DNA of 63,976 bases, counting the filler, from Raillietiella orientalis (taxonomy: Eukaryota), in assembly GCA_036172245.1 (NCBI GenBank). It is 17 parts of 17 records of this genome, joined end to end, with 100 filler letters (N's around TTAATTAATTAA, not from the genome) between each part and the next. Parts side by side here need not be neighbours in the genome. Positions count along the whole stretch, not along the records: positions 12,924 to 17,000 come from JAYWIR010000355.1; positions 17,101 to 21,125 come from JAYWIR010000356.1; positions 21,226 to 25,194 come from JAYWIR010000357.1; 14 more parts are not named here. The stretch is one strand, 5' to 3'. Numbering within the stretch: position 1 is the stretch's first letter; every line of letters starts with the position of its first letter. Positions 12,975 through 24,500 of this stretch are shown here, piece by piece. The translations under genes were made by a program, and so were the position numbers. The notes under the pieces were generated by a model. It was not told where the DNA came from. It saw nothing but the letters and a program-made list of their open reading frames with translations, and did not search any database.

Positions 12975-15079
12975 TTGCCACCCGGGTACGCCCGGGGCGT
13001 TTTTTTATAAAAACTCTACAATTGCGGTACCAGGCCCCGCTCACGGCCTTATGCACTTGACCTACCGGGACGCCGGGACACAGCCCGGCGTGGCACTCCC
13101 CGGCAGCGAAAGGGGATGGGGGAAAACAAAAATAAAAACAAAAAGGCAAAAAAAAAAGTGAGGTTGGGGGGCAGGGAAGAAATCACTGTTCGCTGAGAGG
13201 AGGGCCCATCCGTTGAAGGAAGCCCTCGAGGTCCATCCGTAGATTCCCCAGTTGGGGCCATCCAGCAGCTCTCCGCAAGAAGCGTTGGGCATATGGGATG
13301 ACATCCCTCGCGTGTTGACCCACTCCTTCCTTGTTGGTGTCGCTCCATGCCGCCACGATGCCTCGAACGCAGCACAAGGCTGCAAGGGCTGCGGCTGGCT
13401 GCAGGGCGCCCTTCACGAAGAGGGGCCGAAGAACGTTTCTAAGGGAACTGCCCGTTGGGAGACCGAGGATCGTCCCAAACCGTTCCCAAAGAAGACGAAG
13501 GGCAGCACAGTCCACAATAAGGTGGGAGAGCGATTCCCGCTCTCCGCACCTGACATACGCAGGATCCACAACTCCTCTTGTCCAGTGAGAGCGGCGTGCG
13601 TTGCAGGGTAAACCCCAATACAACAACAGCAACGCCGACTCTTTCCACTTAAGGGGCAGGATCCTGGATTCCTGAAGAAGCGGGGGCCACTTCAGCACAT
13701 CCATAGGGATGGCCAGCAGCTCTCCCCATCTTCTTAGTCCTCGCGGCTGGACGCTCGGGGTCGTGGCGTCACCCAGTTCTCCTGTTGTCCAGCCGCTGAT
13801 CAACTTTTCGCGTCCCTCGATGCAGCAAGAGACTTGCCACCTTGGCGTCCGGCTGCTGTGAAGTACCCTCTTCAGGAAGGGCAGCGCCGTAGCTAGACAG
13901 GTCGTCTCTGCCCACGTGCATCTTGCTGGACTCTCCAGGAGATTCCGCAGCGTGCAGCGGGCGTAGGGGCTGCATCGGAGACGATTCCACGTCTCGTGGC
14001 TTCTCTGGTTGACTACTGCCCACGTTCCAATATTCTCCTCCAGCCAGGCGGGGGAGTTGGCGGGGCAGCAAACCATCCAGCTGTTCTCCTTGGCCAATGT
14101 TGCCATGCGCCCGAGCAGTAGGCCGCATCTTCGCATCTACCGGCCACGGCTGAGAAGACAAGACGCGAGTCCATCGCACCGGGACACACGGCTGGCCTGG
14201 AGGCGGGCTGGAGTGCACCAAGGGGTGCACCACATGTTCGCTGGGATGGCGAGGGTTCGCCACCGCAGCTGCTTCTCCACGCGCTCCAGCGTCAGGAGGC
14301 CAAGACCGCCGTCCCGACGAGAAGCGCACAAGTCCTTCAGTGGGATTCGCGGCCTCCCCTTGCCCCAAAGGGCGATACGGAGGAGGTCCTTCGTCCTTTT
14401 CTTGGATTCCACGGTGGGAGCGCAAACAAAAAGCAAGGGGCGGAGGATGGGGGCCGCGAACGCGTTCCAAACCGCGGCCCGTTCCGACAAATTAAACTTG
14501 CCTTCCAGGAACGGGCCGATCGCCGTCTCGACTTTTTGGAGGCAGCTGGACCACACTTCCGCAGGGGAGTAGTCCCCCAACGGCACACCAAGGTACTTGA
14601 AGCACCTCGCCGTGGGGATCCCCAGACGGACCCAGTCCTGCTGCCCTGCCCACGCCGCACCTATTGGCACAACCTACGACTTCGCCCTGTTAACCTGCAG
14701 TCCGGTCCCGCGGCTGAGCAGATCGAAGAAGTCTCCGACCGCCTTCGCCGGGGTGGACATTGGCAACAAGAGCAGAAGATCGTCGGCGTACGCTGCTACG
14801 GCGGGCGTGCCGGGGCACGAGCTCGGCAAGGGAGCCAAAGTTAACCTGTACGCTCTCAGCACCAACTCAAAGTAGGTGCTAAAGAGCAGGGTGCTGAGGC
14901 TATCGCCCTGCCTTATGCCCCGCCGCACCGGCACGCCATACAACTTCTGTCCACTGAAACAGACGGTAATCATCGCATTCCGCCAGCAGGAGCGCAGGTA
15001 GGAAATCAGGGAGGGTGGGAAGCCCATGCGACCCAGGAGCTCCAAGAGGAGTTCCTGGTCTACACAGTCGAACGCCTTG
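12975..15079 (-). mobile_element. Family B element, 3' half of ORF2 (from RT KAFD to stop at 13183) plus 3' UTR
   Basis: KAFDCVDQELL, GIRQGDSL, YADD, KYLG, zinc finger; hairpin terminus at 12975-13000; closely similar to 56960-59061. Confidence 0.93.
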
Positions 15080-17000
15080 TGCGCTCCAGGGTGGAAGTGT
15101 TTTCTCGGTGCTCTTCGTGCCAGGAAGTCTCCCCCAGTGCAAGCGTCGTGTGGTTCGGTGGTCGATCAGGCAGCGAAGCCTGACGCGACCACCAGGGATG
15201 GCCAGGGGGCAGCGACAACGCCGCCCCCAGAGGCGATGGAGAGCCAGGGGGCGGCGGCAACGTCGCCCCCAGAGGCGATGGAGGTGGGGGCATCCGCCCC
15301 CACAGAATCGGTCCCCGCTGCAGCGCGGGCGTGGAGCGCCGTTATGTCGGCGCCATCGCCTGCAGCCGCGGCGGAATTGTCGGCCTATGTAGAGGAGGGG
15401 TACAACCCCTCATTGTTCTACAAGGTAGGCAATTTATATTCTTTAGAGAGCGCGCGCGCTTTCTCGAAGGGCATGCGCGCTCTCGATGTGAAAGAGAAGG
15501 AGCTCAGCGCTATGACCATCCGCAGCGGGGGTCTGCACGTTGAGGTCATCTGCAAACATGCAGAGCTGTCCCAACGACTGCTTAAAACCCCCGTTGTGAT
15601 GGGGACGCGCAGGCTCCTCCCCACTACGGCGGACCGCAGCATGGTGGTCCACCTGTTAGGCGTCACCGCGCGAATGCGCAAAGAACAGGTACGCGCCCCT
15701 TTGGAACAGTTCGGAACGGTCCACGCGCAGTGGACGAAAGTAAGTCCTTTCGAGGACTACACGGGGCTGCAACACGGCCTCACTGCTGCGCGCGTGACCG
15801 TTCGGGAGGGCTGCACTCTTCCCCACAAACTGGTGGTCGAAGGCGAAACCGTCGACCTCTGGTATGTGGGGAAGCCGAAATACTGTGGCTTCTGCAATAC
15901 GTCGGGCCACCTCAAAAAGAGGTGTCCCAACGTGCAGTGCCAAGTATGCGGCACAATGGGCCACACGAGGGAGGTGTGCCCAAAAGCAGCAGTGCGGGTG
16001 GTTTCCAAGAGAAACCTTAAAAAACGCGCCCGGCTTCTGCAGAAAAGGCTGGCGGCGAAAGCTGCCGCGAAGGCTGTGCCACCCGCGCCCAAGACCCAGG
16101 CCGCACCCGAGACCCCGGCGACCAACGCCGAAAAAGTTGAGGGAGCCGGCCAGGAGACTGGGTGGCAAGTGGCAACGGACAAAAAATCAAAGGAGAGGAG
16201 GATGGAAAAGAAAATCGCCTACCAACAGAAGAAGAAAGAGCAGGGTAGCGCGATAATTAAAGAGTGCAGCGTCGTTGTCGAACGGGTTCTCGATGTTGCC
16301 GAACGCTGCCGGAAAGAACTCGCCGCTACCGACGACCTCCCCTCTGTTGACACAGTCAACAGCGAGGGGAGCGAGCCGGCGGCGGCGTCCGTCATCGACA
16401 CCACCATCGATGACGTAGCCTTCGCGCGAGCCGCGGAGGAGCTGGCAGCTTCGTTGCAGCCAGAACCCGCCAAGGCTGGCAAGAATTCTGTAAGGCGTCC
16501 GGTCTCCCCTCAGGAGTCCCCCAATTCCGACCCCGAGGTGGAGGCCGGAAGCGCAGCCTCCGTTTCCACGGAACCGCGTAAGAAGGCTGGACGTAAGTCC
16601 AGAAAGCCAAGGAAGCTCGTCTCCCCCGTCGAAGGGGAAGAGATGGCTTTCGCAAGCGAGGGTGCCATGAGCGTGGGAAACTCTCGGGACTCGTCGCCCG
16701 AGAGACTCCCACGCGCGGACACGGAGGGGATGGAGGGGATGGAGGCCGAACAGGTGCCTCAGGTGCCTGAGAAGGCCGAAACCCCCATGGACATCCCGCC
16801 CGCCTCGCAAGAGGAGGGCTCCCCCACACCTTAATCTTCCCAGCAGTAATGCCGGGAATCTCCTCCCGCCGTCGTCTGCGCATCGCCGTTTGGAACGTGA
16901 ACGGCATGACAGACGCCGGCAGGAGACGAGACATGGCCGCCCTTCTGGAGTCCTACGACCTTGCGCTGCTGCAGGAGATCCACGTGATCTCTGCAGAACA
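15080..17000 (+). mobile_element. Family A element, 5' end, full ORF1 and start of ORF2 (ATG 16849)
   Basis: 5' UTR matches 21226-21544 (-); the ORF1/ORF2 junction matches 4328-4880. Confidence 0.93.
15236..16834 (+). CDS. ORF1 nucleic-acid-binding protein, family A (RRM-like region + 2 CCHC)
   Basis: CGFCNTSGHLKKRC and CQVCGTMGHTREVC, Lys-rich then acidic tail. First in-frame ATG used; the true start is uncertain. Confidence 0.85.
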   Translation: MESQGAAATSPPEAMEVGASAPTESVPAAARAWSAVMSAPSPAAAAELSAYVEEGYNPSLFYKVGNLYSLESARAFSKGMRALDVKEKELSAMTIRSGGLHVEVICKHAELSQRLLKTPVVMGTRRLLPTTADRSMVVHLLGVTARMRKEQVRAPLEQFGTVHAQWTKVSPFEDYTGLQHGLTAARVTVREGCTLPHKLVVEGETVDLWYVGKPKYCGFCNTSGHLKKRCPNVQCQVCGTMGHTREVCPKAAVRVVSKRNLKKRARLLQKRLAAKAAAKAVPPAPKTQAAPETPATNAEKVEGAGQETGWQVATDKKSKERRMEKKIAYQQKKKEQGSAIIKECSVVVERVLDVAERCRKELAATDDLPSVDTVNSEGSEPAAASVIDTTIDDVAFARAAEELAASLQPEPAKAGKNSVRRPVSPQESPNSDPEVEAGSAASVSTEPRKKAGRKSRKPRKLVSPVEGEEMAFASEGAMSVGNSRDSSPERLPRADTEGMEGMEAEQVPQVPEKAETPMDIPPASQEEGSPTP

Positions 17001-17100
17001 NNNNNNNNNNNNNNNNNNNNNNNNNNNNNNNNNNNNNNNNNNNNTTAATTAATTAANNNNNNNNNNNNNNNNNNNNNNNNNNNNNNNNNNNNNNNNNNNN

Positions 17101-17175
17101 ATGGAGAAAAAAGTCGCGTACCGCCAGAAAAAACATCAGGCAAGCGAGCAAATTAAAAAATGCAGCGTTGTCGTT
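17101..17175 (+). mobile_element. Family A-type ORF1 fragment (MEKKVAYRQKKHQASEQIKKCSVVV), host of a family C insertion
   Basis: Homologous to 16202-16279 and to 47237-47312 (-). Confidence 0.85.
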
Positions 17176-19612
17176 TATTACCCGGTTGCGCCGGGACGTT
17201 TATTATAATATCAACTGAGAACTGTGTTCCCAGGCAAGGGGAACAGAAAATGGGGAGTAGATTTCCCGGAACGCCGTACGGGCACACTGAGAGTTCGGAA
17301 CGGGAGGGGGTGAGACAATAAATGAATAAATTGGTTGGGAGGGCGGGGACACGGGTATACAGTCTAACCGTTCCTATTCTCAGAACCGGCGGTGAATGCC
17401 GCCGATCTCCGTCCTCACTTCTGCTCCTAGGTGTGGCCACCCGGCAGCCATTTGCAGGTTGCAGGCTGCGGTGTCGGGGACCGATGTTGGGACTGCTGGC
17501 ATCGGCAATACGTGGCGGGCCGTGACAATGGCGCGGACGCAGCAGATGATTGCGACGAGCGCTCCAAGAGAAAGTCCGCCACGCGTGTAGAAGGGGCGCA
17601 TCCAATCCAGTGCGGTGTGTCCAGAATGCAGGGGCGCTGAAGACAGCCGCTGCCACAGCTCCTGGAGGGCACCGCACTCAAACAGCAAATGCGGAAGCGA
17701 TTCCACCGCTCCGCATTTGGCACAGTTCGGGGACGCAACTACCCCGGAAATCAGGTGCGCCCGCTAGTTGCAGTACAAACCCCAATGCACCAGCAGAAAA
17801 GCGTCCTGCTTCCACAGAAGGGGAAAGAGAGTCGCGTCCAAACACGCAGAAGGGACCACAAGTTCATCGGTGGGCACCCCGAGGAGCTCACTCCACCGGA
17901 GAAGCCCCTTTGCAAGAATGCGAGGTGTGGCAGCGTCTGCCACTTCGCAAGTCCGCCAGCCGCCCAGCAGTCGGGTTTCGCCTGCGATTTCGAAAGTGAT
18001 CTCCCACCTCGCCGGCAGGTCACTGTCATCTCGCACCATCAGTGCACACAGTGCTTCGGCGAGTGGCGTAGCGGCAAGGCGTGTCCACTGGTCCTGGTCT
18101 TCCAGCACCTCCTCCACTGGACAGTATAGGGAAAGTTTCACGCAACGGAGTTCCCAACGGGACACATCCTGCTGCGTAGCCCAAAACGATAAGGCTTCCT
18201 GCCTCCAGGCGTTGAATTTCGTCGGCCGGCAGGAGATCCAGTCATGCTTTCCCAGAAGCGTGGCGAGCTGCTTCAAAGGGAAGCCGAATCCTCTCTGGGC
18301 GCGCTCCGTGCGCAGATGCAACGAACGTAGTCCGTCGCCACCGGTGCAGCGCCGCAGCAGCAGCCGCGCTGGAGCACACCGGGGAGTATTCCAGAGCTGC
18401 GCACAAAGAGCCAGCATGCGGAACTGCACTAGCAGTCCGATCCGCTCCAGAGTCAGGATGCCCAATCCTGCATCCCGCCGAGGAGCCGCCAAGTCCTTCA
18501 GGCGCATCCTGAACCTCGCCGGTACCCACAGGGCGTTACGCAACAGCCGCTGCGCCCGGAGCTTAGCCGAGTAGGGAGGGGGACAAACAAAAAAGAGGGG
18601 ACGGAGGAGGGGGGCAACGAAAATGTTCCACACGAAGGCCCGTTCCGACAGGAGAAACCTGCCGCCTTGGAACGGGCGCAGAGCAGTCTCGGCCTTGTGA
18701 AGGCAGTCCGACCACGCTTCTGCTGGACAGAAGGTGCCCAAGGGAACGCCGAGGTACTTCAAGCACCTGTCTGTGGGGATCCCCAGGCGGATCCAGTCGG
18801 ACTGCCCCTCCCACGTAGAGCCAACCGGTACAACGGTTGATTTCGTCCTGTTGACGCTAAGGCCGACGAATGAGCTCGAAGAAGTCCTCGAGCCTGGACG
18901 CCGGGGTGGACATGGGCAGCAGCAGGAGAAGGTCGTCAGCATAGGCGGCCACGGCCGGTGTTCCCGGGCAGGAGCTCGGCAGGTTGGCCAGCATCAGCCT
19001 GTACGCCCTCAGCACCAACTCAAAGAAGATGCTGAAGAGCAGGGGGTTTAAGCTGTCTCCCTGCCTGATACCCCGCCGTATGGGAATGCCGTACACGTGG
19101 CGCCCGCTGAAAGAGATACAGCATAACGCGTGGCGCCAGCAGGAGCGCAGGTAGGCGATGAGGTGCGTCGAGAGGCCTAGGCTTCCCAGAAGCTCCAGAA
19201 GGAGGTCCTGGTTTACGCTGTCGAACGCTTTGCAGAGATCGACGGCGACCGCTAGGGCTCCCGGCGTTCCATCGTGCCTTGAACACCGCCGCTTACCTTT
19301 GGCAGCGGCGATTTTGGCTGCCTGGCTCTGCTGCGCCACGCGCTGCTGCAACTCGAACCATGTTCGCGCGAAGAAAAGATTCGCGTCCATGGACCGCCCC
19401 GGAACAGCATACGTCTGCTCCGGACTTACCAAGGACTCTGCGATTCTCCTTAGGCGCGCGTCCCATAGCCTGGAGAACAACTTGACGTCCGAATTCACCA
19501 ATGTGATCGGACGCCAGTTGCTGAGGTGGCGCAAATCACCGCCTTTCGGCAGGAGCCGCACCTTTGCTGAGCGGAAAGAAGAGGGAACATCTCCCGTCTC
19601 ACGTAGCAGCGA
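17176..19612 (-). mobile_element. Family C element, RT through 3' UTR, decayed
   Basis: WRPITLVN, DLCKAFD, GIRQGDSL, YADD, KYLG, CAKC zinc finger; closely similar to 44790-47236. Confidence 0.93.
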
Positions 19613-21125
19613 CGGTCGCGTACGGACGTGGTTTTGCGTCGCTCCGCGGTAGATTGGCTCTTGTGTGTTTTTGTTCTGCTGTGCTTTTGTGCTGCAATGG
19701 GAGCAAAGAAGAACATCAGCTGCAAGAAGGGAACGCCACCTGCTCCTGAGATGGCTGCTTCGGCTGCTAGTAAGGAGCCTCTGTCCTCGCGACGGCGAGG
19801 ACATTCGCCCAGGTCGCTGCCCTCGCGGCTACGATGGGACCTTCGCCCGACAGCCCTGAGCTTCAGGCGTATGTAGCAAATGGCTACACGCCTGCACTCA
19901 GGTATAAGGTAAGTTTCCTTATGCCTGAGCGGGTTGAGCGCGAGTTTGGCCAGGTACTCCAACGGATTGGAGTTCAAAAAGGCCAACTGGAGTCCATCAT
20001 GCCCATGAGTGGATGCAGCTACTGGGAGGTGTCCAGTAAGGACGCTCTCCTTACGCAGCGTTTGCTGCACACGCCGCTCCTCATTCGTGGGCAGGAAATA
20101 CTCCCTGTCACAACGGACCAGTCGTTCGTTGTCCGGCTCAGTGGAGTGTGTAAGGGCCTTTCGGACCTCCAGGTCGTGGAGGCCCTTGAAAAATTCGCTA
20201 CCGTCCACGCGCTTTGGAGGCTGCCAAATCCTGCTGAAGGGTTCGAAGACCACCACAGCGGGCTCGCGCAAGTGCGAGTGACGATGACGGATCGCCGTGC
20301 AATGCCCACGCGACTGCAGTTGGATGGAATGACCGTCCGCCTGTGGTTTGCCGGGCAAACGCGTGTATGCGCGGAATGCGGGCAGGAGGGTCACCGCATT
20401 ACGAAGTGTCCCTCGGCCGCTTGCTGTTACTTCCACCAGCACGGGCACACTAAAGGAACGTGCCCGGAGCTCCTTTTAAAAAACGAAAAGCGCAGGAACG
20501 AATCGCGTTCCGCATTGCGGAATAATCGCCGCGAATCGAGAGAAAGAAACATCAAAGCTCCAAAAAGCGTTGCGAAAACCGCGACCACGCACGTGCAGAA
20601 AACTATTTCTCGCCCCCACAAAGAAGGGGTGAAAAACAAAAAAAAACTTGTCGAGGCAAAGCCTCCGGCTATCGACCCGAAGGAACCTCGCGAAGAATGC
20701 GACCTTTCTACGAGACCTCGCTGCCAATTGTTGAATGCAGGAGACATTGTACCGAAGGTCAAAGAGCCTCGTACTGTCGGCATCACGACCGCGAAGCCTC
20801 GTACCAAGGCCTCGACGAGCGGCGCGGAATGCGGTAGTTCGCCCGATACGGGAAAAACGCTCCCGCGGGCAAAGAACTCCGCGCCGTCTAAAGCTACCGC
20901 GGCCAAGGTGCCCCAGGCACCGAGTGCCGCGAAGAAACAGCCGGCAAACCCGCAGTCCTCGCGCGGACGCAGCGCCTACTGCGGCCAAGGAAGAAACTGC
21001 TAGGACGAGCACAACCGCTACAGCAGTGCCCCCAACGGTCGCAAAGGCAACGCGCGAACCCTCCGACCTGGAAGAGGCAGCGCCTCTCGCGATCGCTAAG
21101 TTTCCCCAAGTCCCACAAGGGGTAG
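19613..21125 (+). mobile_element. Family E element, 5' end and ORF1 (frameshifted; ~19697-21003)
   Basis: 5' motif GGACGTGGTTTT...GCTCC at 19624. ORF1 is homologous to A/B ORF1 (LQAYVANGYTPALRYKV; CAECGQEGHRITKC). Confidence 0.88.
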
Positions 21126-21225
21126 NNNNNNNNNNNNNNNNNNNNNNNNNNNNNNNNNNNNNNNNNNNNTTAATTAATTAANNNNNNNNNNNNNNNNNNN
21201 NNNNNNNNNNNNNNNNNNNNNNNNN

Positions 21226-21544
21226 CCTCCTCTACATAGGCCGACAATTCCGCCGCGGCTGCAGGCGATGGCGCCGACACAACGGCGCTCCACGCCCGCG
21301 CTGCAGCGGGGACCGATTTTGTGGAGGCGCAAGCCCCCACCTCCATCGCCTTCGAGGTGGACGTTGCCGCCGCCCCCCGGCTTTCCATCGCCAGTAAGGG
21401 AGGCGTTGCTGCTGCCCCCTGGCCATTCCTGGTGGTCGCGTCAGGTATCGTTGCCTTAGCGACCACCGAACCACACGACGCTTGCACTGGGGGAGACTTC
21501 CTGGCACGAGGAGCACCGAGAAAACACGTCCACCCTGGAGCACG
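21226..21544 (-). mobile_element. Family A 5' end (second member of a head-to-tail tandem)
   Basis: Matches 15080-15400. Confidence 0.9.
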
Positions 21545-21556
21545 CAAGGCGTTCGA

Positions 21557-24500
21557 TTTTCACCCTGATTTCGCCGGCGCGTTTATTGTAAAATAAACTT
21601 TTACAAAGACGTGCGGTTGCTGGAACATTGCTCCAGCTACGCACGAAGAAACACAGAGCCTGCCGGGTCATCGGTTCGCAGACCGGTATGGTCCACCACG
21701 GCAGCAGGGGGAAGGGGGAAAAACAAAAAACAAAACAAAAAAAAAAAGAAAAGTTGAGAGGGTAAGGGAAGGGATCACAGTTGCTGGTGGTGCCGTTGCA
21801 TCCTTTGCAGGATGCCGGCAAGCTCCTTCTGTATTCCTGGATCCAGATGGGGCCATCGGGACTCCCTCCTCAGCAACTGGGAGGCTGGCTGGATGGCACC
21901 CTGGTCGCGTTGTCCTCCCGTAGCCTTGCTCCAAGCGGTGACGATCCCGCGTAGGCAGCACAAAGCTGCTAACGAGGCCGCTGGCCGAAGGGCGTCGGCA
22001 ACGAAGAGGGCTTCCAGTGCGTCCCTGGGGTTGCCGCAGGGGAAACCGATGGTTGCGGCAAAGCGAAACCAAAGGGGCCGAAGGGCAACACAATTCACTA
22101 GCAGTTGGGGGAGGGACTCCCGTTCCCCACACCTGACGCAATTGGGGTCCACCGCTCCCCAGGTCCAGTGTTGTCGGCGGGCGTTGCAGGGGAGTCCCCA
22201 GTGCTGCAACAGGAGAGCCGACTCCTGCCATTTTAAGGGGAGGGCGGAAGTGTTCATGAGCACCGGGAGCCACTTCACATGTTCAATGGAAACATCCAGC
22301 AGCGCGCCCCAGCGCAGAAGTCCATTGCGAGGCGTACTCAAGTACTCAGCGTGTGTTAACTGGCCCGTCTTCCACTCTCCTATCTTCTTCTCCTTTCCAG
22401 AGATTGTTACTGTAACCACCCACTTCGCCGCAACATCGCTGTCCAGGTCTGTCATCAGGGAGTTCAGCGCAGCAGCGAGGGGGGTTCTTCCTGCCCACGC
22501 TCGCTTCCTTGGTTCCTCCAGGATCTCGCGGAGTGTGCAACTTCTGTAACCCCCAAACAGGAACCGTCGTTCCTGTTGGGAGCGTTGCATGCCGAACTGT
22601 CCCCACGTCCAAACGGTTTCCTGCAACCATGCACTACCGTTCAACGGGCGACAGGTAAGCAATCCTGGGTTTTTCCGATACAGCGCAGCCACCCTCCGTA
22701 GCTGGAGTCCGTATCAGTTGACGCAGAGACGGAGTGCAAGAAATGTCGTCAGTCCCGTGTTGCCGGTGGCTTGTTGGAAGAGGAGACGTGCAGGGACGCA
22801 CCAACAGATGCACCACAACTCTGGAAGGAGTGCCGACAAGCGGAACTGGAGCTGAAGCTCCAGCCGCTCCCGCGTCAGGCGGCCCAGACCACCATCCGGA
22901 CGAGGAGCGCACAAGTCCTATAAGCGGACTCGGGCCCTCCCGTTGCCTCAAAGGGCGATACGGAGGAGGTCCTTTGTCCGCTTTTTAATTCTCTCTGTGG
23001 GGGGGCAAACAAAAAGCAGTGAGCGGAGGGGAGAAGCCGCGAAGGTGTTCCAAACTGCGGCCCGTTCAGGCAGGAAAAACCTGCCGATTCGGAACGGGCC
23101 GATCGCCGTGTCTACTTTTCGGAGGCAGCCGGACCACGCTTCCGCAGGGGAGTAGTCCCCCAACGGCACACCAAGGTTCTTGAAGTACCTCACCGTGAGG
23201 ATCCCCAAACGGACCCAGTCCTGCTGCCCTGTCCACGCCGCACCAACTGGCATCACGGACGACTTCGCCCTGTTCACCGTAAGTCCGGTTCCCCGATGCA
23301 GCAGGTCGAAGAACTCCTCGACCGCCGCACTCGGGGTGGACATAGGGAGCAGCAGCAGAAGGTCGTCCGCGTATGCTGAAACGGCCGGCGTACCGGCACA
23401 GTCGTGCGGCAGGTGCGCCAGAGTTCCCCTGTACGCTCTCAGTACCAACTCAAAGTAGGTACTCAAGAGGAAGGGGCTCAGGCTGTCTCCCTGCTGGATC
23501 CCACGCCGCACCGGCACGCCGTGCACGCTCTGCCCGCTGAAAGTAACATTGTTGAGCGCGTCGCGCCAGCAAGAGCGCAGTTAGGCCACTAATGAGGCCG
23601 GGAAGCCCAAGCGTTCAAGAAGCTCCAGAAGGAGATTCTGGTCGACGCAATCGTATGCTTTTCGCAAGTCGATTGCGACCGCAAGGGCTCCCTCCCCCAA
23701 CCGACCATCCAACCCCTTGCCGGCGCACGCACCGGAATTCCGGCTGCGCACCGAGCTCCTTTCATGTTGGAGCTCTAGCCAGGTGGAAGCGTGGAACAGG
23801 TTCGCCTCCATGCTTCGCCGGGAACAGCATATGTCTGTTCCAGGCTGATGAAGATGTTGGCAACCCGTCCCAGACGCTCTGCCCAAACCTTAGCCACCAA
23901 ATTGGCGTCCGCATTCACTATTGTGATGGGACGCCAGTTGTTCATGCTCCTCAGATCTCCCTTAGGGAGGAGCCGCACCTTTGCCGAACGAAACGAGGCG
24001 GGATCGTCACCTGTTTTGCGTATCAGCAAGGTGAGTTGCTGTACCAGGGGAGTAAGCTCAGCCGCGAAAGTTTGATAAACCTCCGCGGGCAGGCCGTCAT
24101 CCCCTGGAGCCTTTCGCCTCTTGAGCTTTCCGATGGCCGAGAGGATCTCGTCCATCGTGGAAGGCTCGACGAGGGTCTTTCTCTGCTTTTCTTGCATCGC
24201 TGGAGCGCCTTTCGGAAGCAGGAGTCGTGAGGCGTTCCTCTCCGGAGGTGCCCTGGCATACAGGGAGGAGTAGTAACACTGCAGCAGGCCGCGGATTTGG
24301 GCAGGTGCCGAGTGCTCCTGGCCCTGATCGTCCAGTAAGGTGGCCGATCCGGACTGCCAGGCTTGCCTCTCGGCTTCCGCTTTGTATTCCGCCAGCCTGC
24401 GGATGTCGGGGGTCCTGGCGTAACGACGGGCCTGCAGGTAGGCTCGTTCGTTACGGACCCCGGTCCCAAAACCCGTGGGTAGGCGGTGCAGAGGGAACTG

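Noticed and set aside
15026..15081. N-terminal extension of the 602 aa ORF, and the C-terminal tails of ORFs 59499-60317, 47204-47650 and 28865-29059
   Set aside because: These frames run across insertion junctions into antisense sequence of another element, so they are not real fusion proteins.
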